A stretch of DNA of 64,000 nt, taken from NCBI GenBank assembly GCA_964016885.1, contig OZ024741.1, forward strand, positions 219,728,001 to 219,792,000, written 5' to 3'. Position numbers and translations under genes: made by a program. Shown one piece after another: positions 13,301 to 24,944 of this stretch (its first letter is position 1; each line of letters opens with the position of its first letter). The stretch is from Eledone cirrhosa (taxonomy: Eukaryota). The notes below the pieces were generated by a model. The model was given only the letters and a program-made list of their open reading frames with translations, was not told where the DNA came from and made no database searches.

Positions 13301-14310
13301 TGTGGAAGGACACCAATGAAGTGATTGATTGGTATAAAAATATAGATGATAAGAAAAACCATAAATTCATCCAAATGGACATAACAAGCTATTACTCTTC
13401 CATTACATCTAACCTAATAAATAAGGCTTTATCCTAGGCTTACAAACCTACAGATCTAACTACGGATGAACACTAATTAATTTCAACGATGAGTATTGGA
13501 CCCGCTCAGATAGAAATAGAAACTTTGACATTACCATGGGATCATCGGACTCAGCGCAAGTCATGGATCTTCTGGGGATTTTCATCTTAAATATGGTAAA
13601 TAGAAAACTGCCGGAGATTGTCGGTGGTTTATATAGGGACGATATTTTATTTACGGTTGTCAAACACAGCAATACAGAACTAAATAGGGTTAAGAAAAAT
13701 ATAATTGAATTCTTTAAAAATTACGCCCTTAAATTAAAGGTTGAAAGTGGTACCAAAATAGTTAATTTCCTTGATGTTACCCTTAACTTAAACTCTAGTT
13801 ATTATTACCCTTTCCATAAGCCCAATGAAAACTTAAATTACGTTAGTTATTATTGTCTAAAGACTTGAACATAAGTTATTCCTCTTTATCTCTCTGTAAT
13901 CAACTCTCTTTTGCTTTTCTAGGCCCCTACTAACTATATTTTCCCCTCATCTGTCTCTTACTCTATGCTTTTCTTTTCTTTTCTCTTTCTTCAGTAATAT
14001 AAATTATTTAACAGTTATATTGATGCCAAGTATTTTTTTAGCTGTCTCACACGCACCCTCTATATTGTATGTATTATATATTTTTCTCATGTTTCTCAAT
14101 ATTAAGGTATATAAATATTGAGTTTTGTCATATATTACTTACTACCATGACTGAATCTTAACCATCTACTATGTCAGGGTATGTCATGCATCATCTTATT
14201 TTATCTGGTGAGGACGTACTGTTGAAGTTAACTCAGTACCTCTGAAATATGTATAATAAAATATACTTGAACACAAGAATATTTATTTTGTTAATATTTT
14301 GAATTAATAT
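13300..14310 (+). mobile_element. 5'-truncated, internally deleted Penelope-like element (RT fragment + 3' UTR with HHR)
   Basis: WKDTNEVIDWYKNI..KFIQMDITSYY, MGSSDSAQV and GGLYRDD align by eye with the 57725 PLE ORF; ends in (TA)n. Confidence 0.88.
14197..14263 (+). ncRNA. Hammerhead motif in PLE 3' UTR (core CTGGTGA, one core substitution)
   Basis: tattttat-CTGGTGA-ggacgtactg..cagtacctct-GAAA-tatgt-ATA|ataaaata. Confidence 0.7.
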
Positions 14311-14369
14311 ATATATATATGTATATATATACATATACATATATGTATATATATATATATATATATACA

Positions 14370-14475
<106 letters not shown>

Positions 14476-14490
14476 ATATACATATGTATA

Positions 14491-14700
14491 CAGGGTGTTT
14501 CAAAAAATTTGATATCAATGGCCCGTTCCCAAGGTTGTCACATTGAAATATATATTGTGAACTAATGTTATAACGTGGAAATGTTTTGAGGAATAAATCT
14601 TGTTACTCAACATGGAGCCTGCTTAGTCTCGTTGTCCTGGGCCTTGTAGTTTCTGGGATATTTACATCTCAAATGATATTACATTTTTTGAAACACCCTG
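14491..14700. mobile_element. Tc1/mariner-type MITE
   Basis: TIR cagggtgtttcaaaaaat / attttttgaaacaccctg with TA on both flanks. Confidence 0.85.
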
Positions 14701-14904
14701 TATATATATGTATGTATGTATCCGTATGTGGTAGACGGCTGAGAGAAAGGAGTTCTTAATACCGAAGTAGAGTTTTAATATTCATTTTAAAAAGGCTAAA
14801 TAGTGAGTCTTGTTAATCTGTTACTCTGGAGTTTCGCCTGTTTATGATGACTTGTGATAATCAGGCGAAACTCACTATTTAGCCTTAATAAAAGGAATAT
14901 ATAT

Positions 14905-15861
14905 ACTAGACATGAAAAATGCGCAAGCTCAAAAGTGCCACAGAATGTTATAATAAACCTTCAAAAGTGTGGGACTAGAGTTGTTGCTAAAAAATATTGT
15001 AATCATTATATATCGTACATTCTGTGGCATCCTTTATAAAAATAGCTTAAACCAACGAAGCCTTTATTTTTACGCTATTTCACTTAGTTAATTCTTAGAG
15101 TGTAACATATAAAAATATGATTTACAACTATAAAATAAATTAATTAATATAATAACAGAGCTGCGGAGCTGAAATTTAGGAAATAATGGAGTATCGGATC
15201 CTGAGTTGGAGCCAGTCAATTTTTGGCCGACTCCGCAGCCCTGTATAATACATTTCATATTAAAGTTATTAATAAACCTATTTTACACTTCATGCAAATT
15301 ACCACGAGATATTGATATTAGATATAAGATACAGCGCAATATCTACAGCTGTAAAAGTACGAAAGCGAAGTAATAATAAGTGGCTTAAGGTAATTCCAAT
15401 ATGAAAGTTTGTAGTGATAAAAATTTGATAATGCAATACGATTGTTAATATTATAGTTCTATGAAAATGTAACAATAGATAACTAAATTAGTTTACTATT
15501 AGTATATTTAAGAAATTATCATTATAGATTTGATCGTTCATATAAGCATCATATTAAGTTTCAACACAATTATTTTGTTACTATGAGTATATGATAATAA
15601 TATTACGTAATTATTTATAGCTGTTATTACATTAAACATAGATGTATTTATTTTTATATGTTACACTCTAAGAATTAACTAAGTGAAATAGCGTAAAAAT
15701 AAAGGCTTCGTTGGTTTAAGCTATTTTTATAAAGGATGCCACAGAATGTACGATATATAATGATTACAATATTTTTTAGCAACAACTCTAGTCCCACACT
15801 TTTGAAGGTTTATTATAACATTCTGTGGCACCTTTGAGCTTGCGCATTTTTCATGTCTAGT
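14905..15861. repeat. Fold-back element with ~212-bp near-perfect inverted arms (14905-15117 / 15650-15861)
   Basis: actagacatgaaaaatgcgcaagctcaaa... is the reverse complement of ...tttgagcttgcgcatttttcatgtctagt. Confidence 0.9.
15156..15243. mobile_element. 88-bp hAT-type MITE nested in the fold-back spacer
   Basis: cagagctgcggag / ctccgcagccctg TIR; flanks tataataa / tataatac (7/8 TSD). Confidence 0.75.
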
Positions 15862-16975
15862 TTAATATTTTTTTAAGGCAACGCTTGTAATAACTCTAGT
15901 TAAACAGGATATATATTAATAATAAATTATCGTTGTAATGTAATTAGATTATGTAATTGTTATTATAAATTATCTTATAAATATTAGTGTAAGATGTATA
16001 AAAATATTTTCAGACTTTTAATATAAACAACTACAAAAAACAATCAATATTAAATCAATATATTATACATAATAGAAAACATAAAATATACAATACAAAA
16101 ACAAAATATTTACATACAATTGCAATTATCAGTGTATATACATTTTCTTTATATTCCCTGAGCAAATTAATAAGATTTGTTTTTATTGTACATAATTTGA
16201 TGACTTGTTGGAGTGTATTAAAAGATAGCAACAATTTGTGATTAAATTGTTATCTTAAGCAACTCACTTTTTAATAGTTGTTGGCTGAGCGAAATTGTAA
16301 AAGCCTATGAGCAAATATAAAAAAAAATACACAAACAACATTTCCTTGTGTTATTACAACATTAGATAAAATAATTGAGCAATGTCGTTATATTTTGCTC
16401 TTATTGCACATTAATAGTGTTTCTATTTTTCGGCACAAATCCATTACGGCAGTCCATTACTGGTACTTTATTTTATCGAATTAGTAAGTATGAAAGTCGA
16501 AGTTAACCTCGGCAGGATTTGAACTTAGAATGCAAAGGACCATAACAATACTGCAAAGCATGGTGTCTGACGCTCTACCAATACTTGTGTTGAGCTGGTC
16601 ATTAATTTATGGTGGTCGTGCGTGGAGTAGAGCAATCGCTAGTTGAAATATTATGAACAAAACATTTTTATTTGCCGAAGAACATATTTTCAATACTGTT
16701 TGTGAATGTGACGAAGGAAATACATTCTGATATGGAACAGTGTACAAAGTGTGTCTGTGAATAACATAATGTTACCTCATGTTGTTGTCAAGACATAATG
16801 GATTTCGTATATCCAGTTAGAAGATGAAACCTAGCCATCTCGGATTAGTTATATTTCATGCCATGTGTAAACGTGTTTGAGGATAGCAAAATATGCGCGT
16901 TAATTATAATAATTAGTTAATAATATTGCAAAATATACCTAATTAAACTCTTTGCTTGAAATTTTATCATTCTTC

Positions 16976-17034
<59 letters not shown>

Positions 17035-18414
17035 TTTATCTAGTCCTTCGCTCAAGATTAATCTATAAGTTTAGATGTTTGCCTTCGTTTAAGTAAATAT
17101 TACAGTAAGATTTTTAATATAAACAACTACAAAAAACAATTAATATTAAAACGAAAAAATTATCAATGATAAAAGAAGCGGATGCAACTTTTTTTTTTAT
17201 AAAGTTATATTCTTGTTTCTTTAAAGAACATTTCATTTTTGTTCTATTGTAGGCGAAATAATGCAATGGTTTAATAGGGAAGATATAACTTACCAATTAT
17301 GTCTCTAACCGTGTAACGCTTTTTAAGTAGATAACTACAATTGAAAATACTAAAGAAATGGAACCAACAATTCAATTTGAAAGTCGTCTAGTGACAGTGT
17401 ATTACTGGTACTTTATTTTATCGACCCCGTAACGATGAAAGGCAAAAATGCAAATGCTTAAAATTTAAATTGCCTTAATTCTATCGTCTGCTGTTTCATT
17501 AAAGGGAGATTATCGTCTGTATTTAATTCTATCGTCTACTGTTCCACTAAACAGATATACCTCCACTATCGTCTCTATTTATACATTTTAACTTATAACT
17601 TATACACATTTGATTTGAAATATTTTATCTAGTCCCCCCTCTCAATATTATGATGATTTCTTTCGAATGAAACAGTTCTAGTCCTGTAGAAGCCATTTAT
17701 ATATATAATTGAACTGAGTTAAAAATTCACAATATTTATAATTAAATAAGCTCATATGTGTGTATTTATCTGTTTATTGTATTATATATAATGTGTGTAT
17801 ATACAGGATGTCCCCCAAAAATATATACACACTTCAACAGCATTCTAATAACTATTGCATGTACAGATAATCAAAGTGTCAATCGAATGTTAGTTTCGTG
17901 TTTAACAGTACAAATTTACAATACACACATAAAACCAGTGTATATACATACATGAGTGTGTATACACATACATGAATGTGTATATACAATATATATGTAT
18001 ATATATATAGACACATATATTCACGGTGCAACGGAACATTAAAATATAGATGCGGGGGGGGGGTGTATTTATAGGGGCGCTGGGGATAAAGGAGTGTAAA
18101 GCGTAAGTGTGTAATTGATATATTGAAGGAGAGGAGCGTGCAGCGATAGAGTAACAAATATATAGAGAGGGGGAGAGATGGTATTGAAGGGGAGGAGTGC
18201 AAAGCGAAAGAGTAAGAGAGATATATATAGAGACGGAACAGATAGAGAGAAACAGGCGTAAGTAACAGTGGAAGAGATATAGAGAGAGGGGGTAATAAAT
18301 AAATGGAAATATAAGTGTAACAGTATAAGAGATATATAGAGAGGGGGAAATGTGTTATTGAAGGGGAGGAGTGTAAAGCGAAAGCGTAAGATATATATAG
18401 AGAGAGGGGGAATA

Positions 18415-18458
<44 letters not shown>

Positions 18459-18720
18459 ACACTTACTCTGATTGGTTGAAAATTAGCCAATGACATACGA
18501 TCACCACCACCACGGCTATCCCCGAAAATTTTTTAAAGAAGCTAGGCATATATGTTAGAACACGAAAAGTGAACATTCTGTTGTTTCACACTTTTCGTGT
18601 TCTAACAGATATGCATATATATATATATATATAATGAAAAATTGAACAGGGACAGAACAGAGAGGCAGTACGATAAATGTTTATTAAATTCACGCTCAGG
18701 AGAGGGGGGGGGGTAGGGGG

Positions 18721-18758
18721 GGGGCGACGCTTCGGGCATAAGCCCTTCTTCAGGTGAG
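18721..18758 (-). ncRNA. Decayed minimal hammerhead motif
   Basis: cac-CTGAAGA-a-GGGC ttat GCCC-GAAG-cgtc; GAAA changed to GAAG, weak stem I. Confidence 0.5.
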
Positions 18759-18854
18759 AAGTGTATGGGAACAGAGTTCAAAAGGTGTGTAGGGGAGTGG
18801 TGGAGAGACATATAGCGAAAGGAAACGGTGCGAATGAAAAATTAACAAATAAAG

Positions 18855-18921
<67 letters not shown>

Positions 18922-18960
18922 TATGCGCCGTAGATATATAGTGTGACAGTATACGCTCAC

Positions 18961-19069
18961 CTGAGATTAAATGACCATTGGTTAAATCAATAGGTTTGTC
19001 GTTCACTGTGACCTTACATTGAAATACTTCGATAATTAAACCTTGGCTCACCAAATTTAATATAACTTT
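18961..19069 (-). CDS. Host gene exon D (109 nt): VWD middle KVILNLVSQGLIIEVFQCKVTVNDKPIDLTNGHLIS
   Basis: VTVND motif; acag acceptor, gtgag donor; phase 0 to 1, compatible with both neighbours. Confidence 0.88.
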
Positions 19070-19289
19070 CTGTAATAATATAAATTGTAAAAAGAATATT
19101 ATCAATTTGTACTATAAATGTTTTCGATACATATATCAATTTATACTATACATGTTTTGTATATATATATATATATCAATTTATACAAAAGAAAGAAACC
19201 TCAGCGATCTCAGTATTAAGGAATCATTAATCATAGCCAGAACACACCTGCAAATCAATAATAGACTAGGACTAATATACTAGAACATT

Positions 19290-19590
19290 TTTCAGCCTGT
19301 GGCTTTCGAGATGTTTGGGGGAGTCGGGCCGCTGACTCCGAGGTTCCTCTCTTCACTGGCGGCTCGCCTAATAGAGGTAACTGGCAAACCTCGTGAGGGC
19401 GTTTGGTTGTTCCAGCGCATTAGCCTCGCCATCACCCGAGGCAACGCTGCGAGTGTGCTGGCTTACTTCAAAAATTTTTAAGAGAGGTTGCCCGTTACTC
19501 CCCGCGATGCTGCTGCCTTTTGCTCTGGTGGTGGCTCGCTTGTTCACCCCTTCCTTTACATTTTCTTTAATATTGTAACATTAAAAGAAT
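19290..19590 (+). mobile_element. 3' fragment of CRE-like (RLE) non-LTR retrotransposon
   Basis: PVAFEMFGGVGP..LFQRISLAITRGNAASVL is the typical CRE-clade C-terminus. Confidence 0.7.
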
Positions 19591-22099
19591 ATATCCTTCT
19601 GAAAGAATCGCGAGCAATTTATAATGTTATCTAAGCATTTGTAGTGTTATTTATGTATATATTTAAAACATATTTGTTAAGTTATTCTACTGTAAATTTA
19701 TTTATATGCCCTGTATAATAAAAGTTTCATTAATTTATAATGACTAGAACTAAACACACAATACCTAACGTAGAAGACTACTTGACCACATAATAATGCA
19801 CACACGGGCCCGCTTACGACCACATTATCCATCTGGGAGAAATCGTGTATATGCATCCATGTGTTTACACGATTCTACCACGTGTGTTTACATATTCGCG
19901 TGCGTGCTTACACACACACATGTAAACATACATGTATTAATATATATGTGTCTAAGCGGATTTAAAGGGAAACAACTAAGTGCCCCCTTTCACCTGTCCA
20001 GACCTTAATTTTAACACAAAAGAAGTTAGAAAAAAAATTAATTAAATAAATAAATTATAAAACCACTTCCGGTCAGCATGGTATAGCAAGCCACATCGGA
20101 CACTGGAATAATTCCTTTATTTTCCTCGGAAGAAGAGATATTAATCTCAAAATATCAGGTCATATGAATAAATTAAGGTAAAAAACAAACCATGTTTCTT
20201 ACGTTTTAAATTTTTCTGCGTCCAAACCTACATTGTCGTGGCTTTCCACGTCGAATTCTTTATGTATATACAATGCTTCAAGTAAACAACAAATTCCTAC
20301 TTAATTTCATATTGCCCCAGCCCGCTCTGCTGGCAAAAATGGGTTGTACCTGTAATGTGTAATGTGAAGGGGTCAGCCTTGTCACACAGTGTCTTGGTGA
20401 ATCCCCTGAATTACTTTAAGGGTACACGTGTCTATGAAATGTCCAGCCGCTTACACGTTAATTTCAGTTACACAACTGGAACACTCTTCGTCGAAACAGA
20501 CGGAGGTCCATTTCATATATCAATAGATAAAGTAATCAATCAATATTGAAGTCGGCTTCTTTAATCGCTCGAAATTAGTTGCTTTCCTTTATATTTCATG
20601 AACTTTTCCGTCGATCAAACAATCCTCTCTTCTAGCATCCGTTATTAGAGTTTCGTCGGAACTGAGAAGCTCTTCCCCAGCCCTTTAAGTCTCCCCCACA
20701 CTACTTATTTTACAACAACTATCAGACTGCGGAAACATTCCTGGTCCCCAACTTACCAAAGCATGAAAATGAGATGGCTTCCATAAGGAACACGATATTT
20801 CTATCCATCGTATCATCCACAATAACAACAGTTATTCCATATAACAGCGATACATGGATATTGAACGAGATCGTGGAGAAGGTTTTGTAGCTTCTCTCGT
20901 CTGTCAAATTTGATCAACTGCATTGATTTAATGGTTGATTTTATCAAAAACCTTAGGGAAATGGCTGTTGAAAGTATTTTAATTTATGTTGAGAATATCT
21001 CCCAGACAACGTCACTCATGTTGTTTCCATGATACAATGGTCAACATTTAAACCACTCTATTACTTGTACTTAGTTTGTAGAGCTGTGGACCTCTAGCAT
21101 CAAGCTATGACTACTTCTGGGGAGGAAGTATGCCTGACAAACAACAGCCACACCTGTTTACCAAAAGACCACTAATGCACTCTCAGCTCATTTCATCAAC
21201 GTAAAATTATCAACGATGTTATCCTGAGAATACATTGGAACCCTATAGACAGTGGCGGTATTTCCTGTTTAAAGGAATCTCTTAATGTCACTTGAATAAG
21301 AGAGAAGAAAAACAGGTATTTCAAACAAGTCAGATTGACACAGGAAAAACGCATGAATGCCAGGCAAACTCTACCCCGATAAGATGATAAGATTTAGTAT
21401 TAAAACACACCATCTTCTGCGTATGATGGTTTATAATTTAGATACAATGTCAGCAATTCAGGGAAGTGGGGGAAAGTCGATTATATTGACCACACTACTT
21501 TACTGGTAATTTATTTCATCGACCCCCAGAAGGATGAAAGGCAAAATTGACCTCGACGGGATTTGAACGAAAGAAAGTAGAAAGTCGTAGCTATATGCCA
21601 CAAAACATTTAGTCCGACACTCTACCGATACAACAAATCCACCGCCATAGTATATAATAATTGTTTCTATTTCTGACAAAAGGCGCGCAATTTGAAAATG
21701 AGGGGACAGTCGATTAACTTGACCCTAGTGCGTTACTGGTGCTAAATTTTATTGGTCCCGTAAGGATGAAAGGCAAAGGTCACCTCGACAGTATTTGAAC
21801 TCAGAACGTAGTAAGTCGTAACTAGACACCACAAATAATATTGTCCGGCGCTCTACCGATACTGCCCCCACCCACCACTAGCACATTAAATTACAATGGT
21901 TTCTGATTTGGGGAAGAGGAAAGTCGATTAAATCGACTTCAGTGTGTTGCTAGTATTTTATTTTATCGACCTCGTGAGGATAAAAGGTAAAGTTAATCTC
22001 GGACCGTAACTCTATGCGACAAAGCATGTTGTGCGACGCTCTACTGACTCTGCCAATCCACAATATCAAAATAAATAAAGCAAAAAACTTAACTCTTAC

Positions 22100-22287
22100 C
22101 TTTTTACAAGTGGTGAGGGTCTTACAATAGTAAGATTCGATTTCTATAAACCATTGCTTTTCTTTACTAGCTAAGGTATATTTACATGTTCCACCAAAAT
22201 CGTACCTTGTTCCATCAAATGTTCTGTAGCTGTATATACCACTAACATGGCAAGTAGCGAAGCCAATGTGATGATTTTTCTTCAACA
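22100..22287 (-). CDS. Host gene exon C (188 nt): start of von Willebrand factor type D domain
   Basis: ATCHVSGIYSYRTFDGTRYDFGGTCKYTLA matches the VWD start (C-x-x-x-G..Y-x-TFDG..Y-x-F-x-G-x-C-x-Y-x-L); ctctag acceptor, gtaag donor; phase 1 to 0. Confidence 0.92.
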
Positions 22288-22629
22288 CTAGAGGAAGGTA
22301 GAGTTACAGATTAAAAAAAAGAATTTTATAAACAAGCGACAACGAAAACAAATCAGTTGCATCCACTACTTTAGCAAAGACAGAAGCGACCCAAACCAAT
22401 GTAATCGAAAATCAGCATGCAGGAATTTTCACGAAAAAACAATTTAACCTAATAACAAATGTTTTGAAGATCCAAAACGGAGAAAGTAAGCTTTGCTAAC
22501 ATCAATTTTTGATACATGTTATAAAGATCCTTTTTATATATATACCAGGTGTGCTTTCCGAACCCCTTTTTATTATATATATATATATATAATATTTATA
22601 AATGGAAAATATCTTTATAAAACCATATT

Positions 22630-22690
22630 TATTTTATTATACATATTTCAAGGGTACCAATATTTTGATACGCTTTCGTCAGATAAAATA
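22630..22690 (-). ncRNA. Hammerhead ribozyme, intact core (PLE-tail family)
   Basis: tattttat-CTGACGA-aagcgtatc..ggtaccctt-GAAA-tatgt-ATA|ataaaata; 8-bp stem I. Confidence 0.85.
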
Positions 22691-22901
22691 CAATATTTGG
22701 TTTAAAGATAGTGACATATCCTCATATGAACTTAATGTTATGAGTTCATTGTGGATAGTGAATAAATATTCAAAACTCAGGGTAAATATGCTAATGAGGA
22801 TAACGTTAAAACTGAAAAGGACCGTTAAGTTTAGACGCTAGATATATTTTTCTAATCTGTTATAAATTAACTTTGTTGAATAATCAACAAAGCAAATAAC
22901 T

Positions 22902-22950
<49 letters not shown>

Positions 22951-23523
22951 TTAGAAACACACAGATACATGCGGACACACACATATACATGAATGCATCC
23001 ACATCCAACCGTGAGTTAATGGTGCCAACCCTACCGATGTTGCTCAATGAATGACTGGGACAGACCAATCCGGTTGAACTAGACTTAACCAGTATCAGAG
23101 TTAAAAATACATTATGAAGAGAGAAGGAACATTTAGATATAATTAGTAATAAAATGTATCATACCTAAACTGCTCCTAGATTCCTCGACTACGTAGTTTC
23201 GTGGCATAAACAAAAACAGTACATCATAAAGATAGTATCTGTGTGTTTCTAAATATATTGTTCATAACTCCCTCTGGTCGAGTAATCTTTGAAGTGTGGT
23301 GACTGCTGGAAAGCTGCCATTACTCATACTTCTCGCCTCCTTTACCACCTCTTCTACGGCTTCGATATAAATACCCCCTCCGCCTCCGTGGTATTTTCTT
23401 CGGGGTTATAAGAGGCTTAGCTCTGTTTCTCGACCGTTATATCGCGTGACTATCTCCCCCTCCGCCTTTTGGGATTCTTTCTCACGTCGTGTAGACGCGT
23501 TCTTGAAGCTAGTAAAATGAGGT

Positions 23524-23615
23524 TTCCTCTTGATAAGTCGGCAGACCTCGCAAAGGCTCTATATCTTTATGATGTACTGTTTTTGTTTATGCCACGAAAC
23601 TACGTAGTCGAGGAA
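23524..23615 (+). ncRNA. Hammerhead ribozyme with U3-A8 core
   Basis: TTCCTC-TTGATAA-gtcggca...tgccac-GAAA-ctacgtag-TC|GAGGAA; 6-bp stem I, palindromic stem III, GUC triplet. Confidence 0.8.
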
Positions 23616-24944
23616 TCTAGGAGCAGTTTAGGTGTGATACATTTTATTACTAATTATATCTAAATGTTCCTTCTCTCTTCATAATGTATATATATATATA
23701 TATATATATATAGTTATTTCTACTCCTAATTTCTCTAAATTAGTTTTGTGCCGATTGAGATGGATTCGCCTGGAGCTCTTTCTAGTACTCCATAAGGACT
23801 GTTCTGTTTACCTACTATTATATAGGTATTACGGTGGATTGGCAGTATCGGTAGAGGGTCTGAGTTCAAATCCCGCCGAGGTCAAGTTTGCCTTTCATCC
23901 TTACGGGGTCGATATTATAAAGTACCAGTAATGCACTGGGTAATTGCTGGCCTTGTGCCTAATGTAGAAATAATTATATAGGTATTACGTTATATTTACA
24001 CCACGAGGAAAACATTTAAATAATGTTCCCAAAGGTAGAGACTAAGAACTTATTACAGCGCAATATATATATATAAATGCATTTTAGCGAACACTTAAAC
24101 ATACTGACGAAGAGTTTCATGGTCTTGTTTGAGGTTCGCCTTAATTCGATAGTTGGTAATCGATACTAATTTCTGTCATTGATGTTGAACATTTAATATT
24201 ATCTGATTCTCAGAAACAGATCTGTCTATGATTGGATGGTCATATTTGGAAGTACGGCCATTTAAATATAACATATTCGTTATGTGAGTAATGTTTTAAC
24301 ACCTAAAATTGTATCTGTTATATATGTATATATGAATCAAAACCTAGTTAGTTTCTCAATTGATATAACTATATATTATTAATGCTCAGAATAGAAGGTT
24401 ATTAAGCTTTTACTGCAAAACATTATCTCTACATATTCTATGTGTATTGATTAAACCTAAAATGAAGTTGTATTAAGGAAAGCACTGTACACAATGATTT
24501 TCATTATAGTAATATTATTATTATTATTGTGGATTGGCAGTATCGGTAGAGGGTCGGACGCCATGCTTTGACGCATAGAGTTACGGCCCTTGCCATTATG
24601 AGTTTCAAATCACGCCGAGGTTAACTTTGCCTTTCATCCTTACGGGGTCGATAAAATAAAGTACCAGTAATGCACTGAGTAATTGCTGGCCTTGTGCCAA
24701 AAGTAGAAACAATTATTATTATTATTGAATGCCATGGTTGACGGAGGCTCGGCTCTGTAAGGTATAGTTATTTTTAACCGTTATAACAATTGTAAATTGT
24801 TTAAAACTTGAACCAAATTGTAGATAAAGACACCCTCCTCTTCACGAGAGGGGTCTTTCTGCCCGTTATTTTGGCCCTTCGGGGTTAAATAACCGTTTAT
24901 TGGGGTTTTGTGCCCAATATTCATTTTAAACCGTAAAAAAAAAC

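Noticed and set aside
20540-21300. Possible old LINE RT remnant on minus strand
   Set aside because: Only faint motif traces; cannot be supported without alignment.
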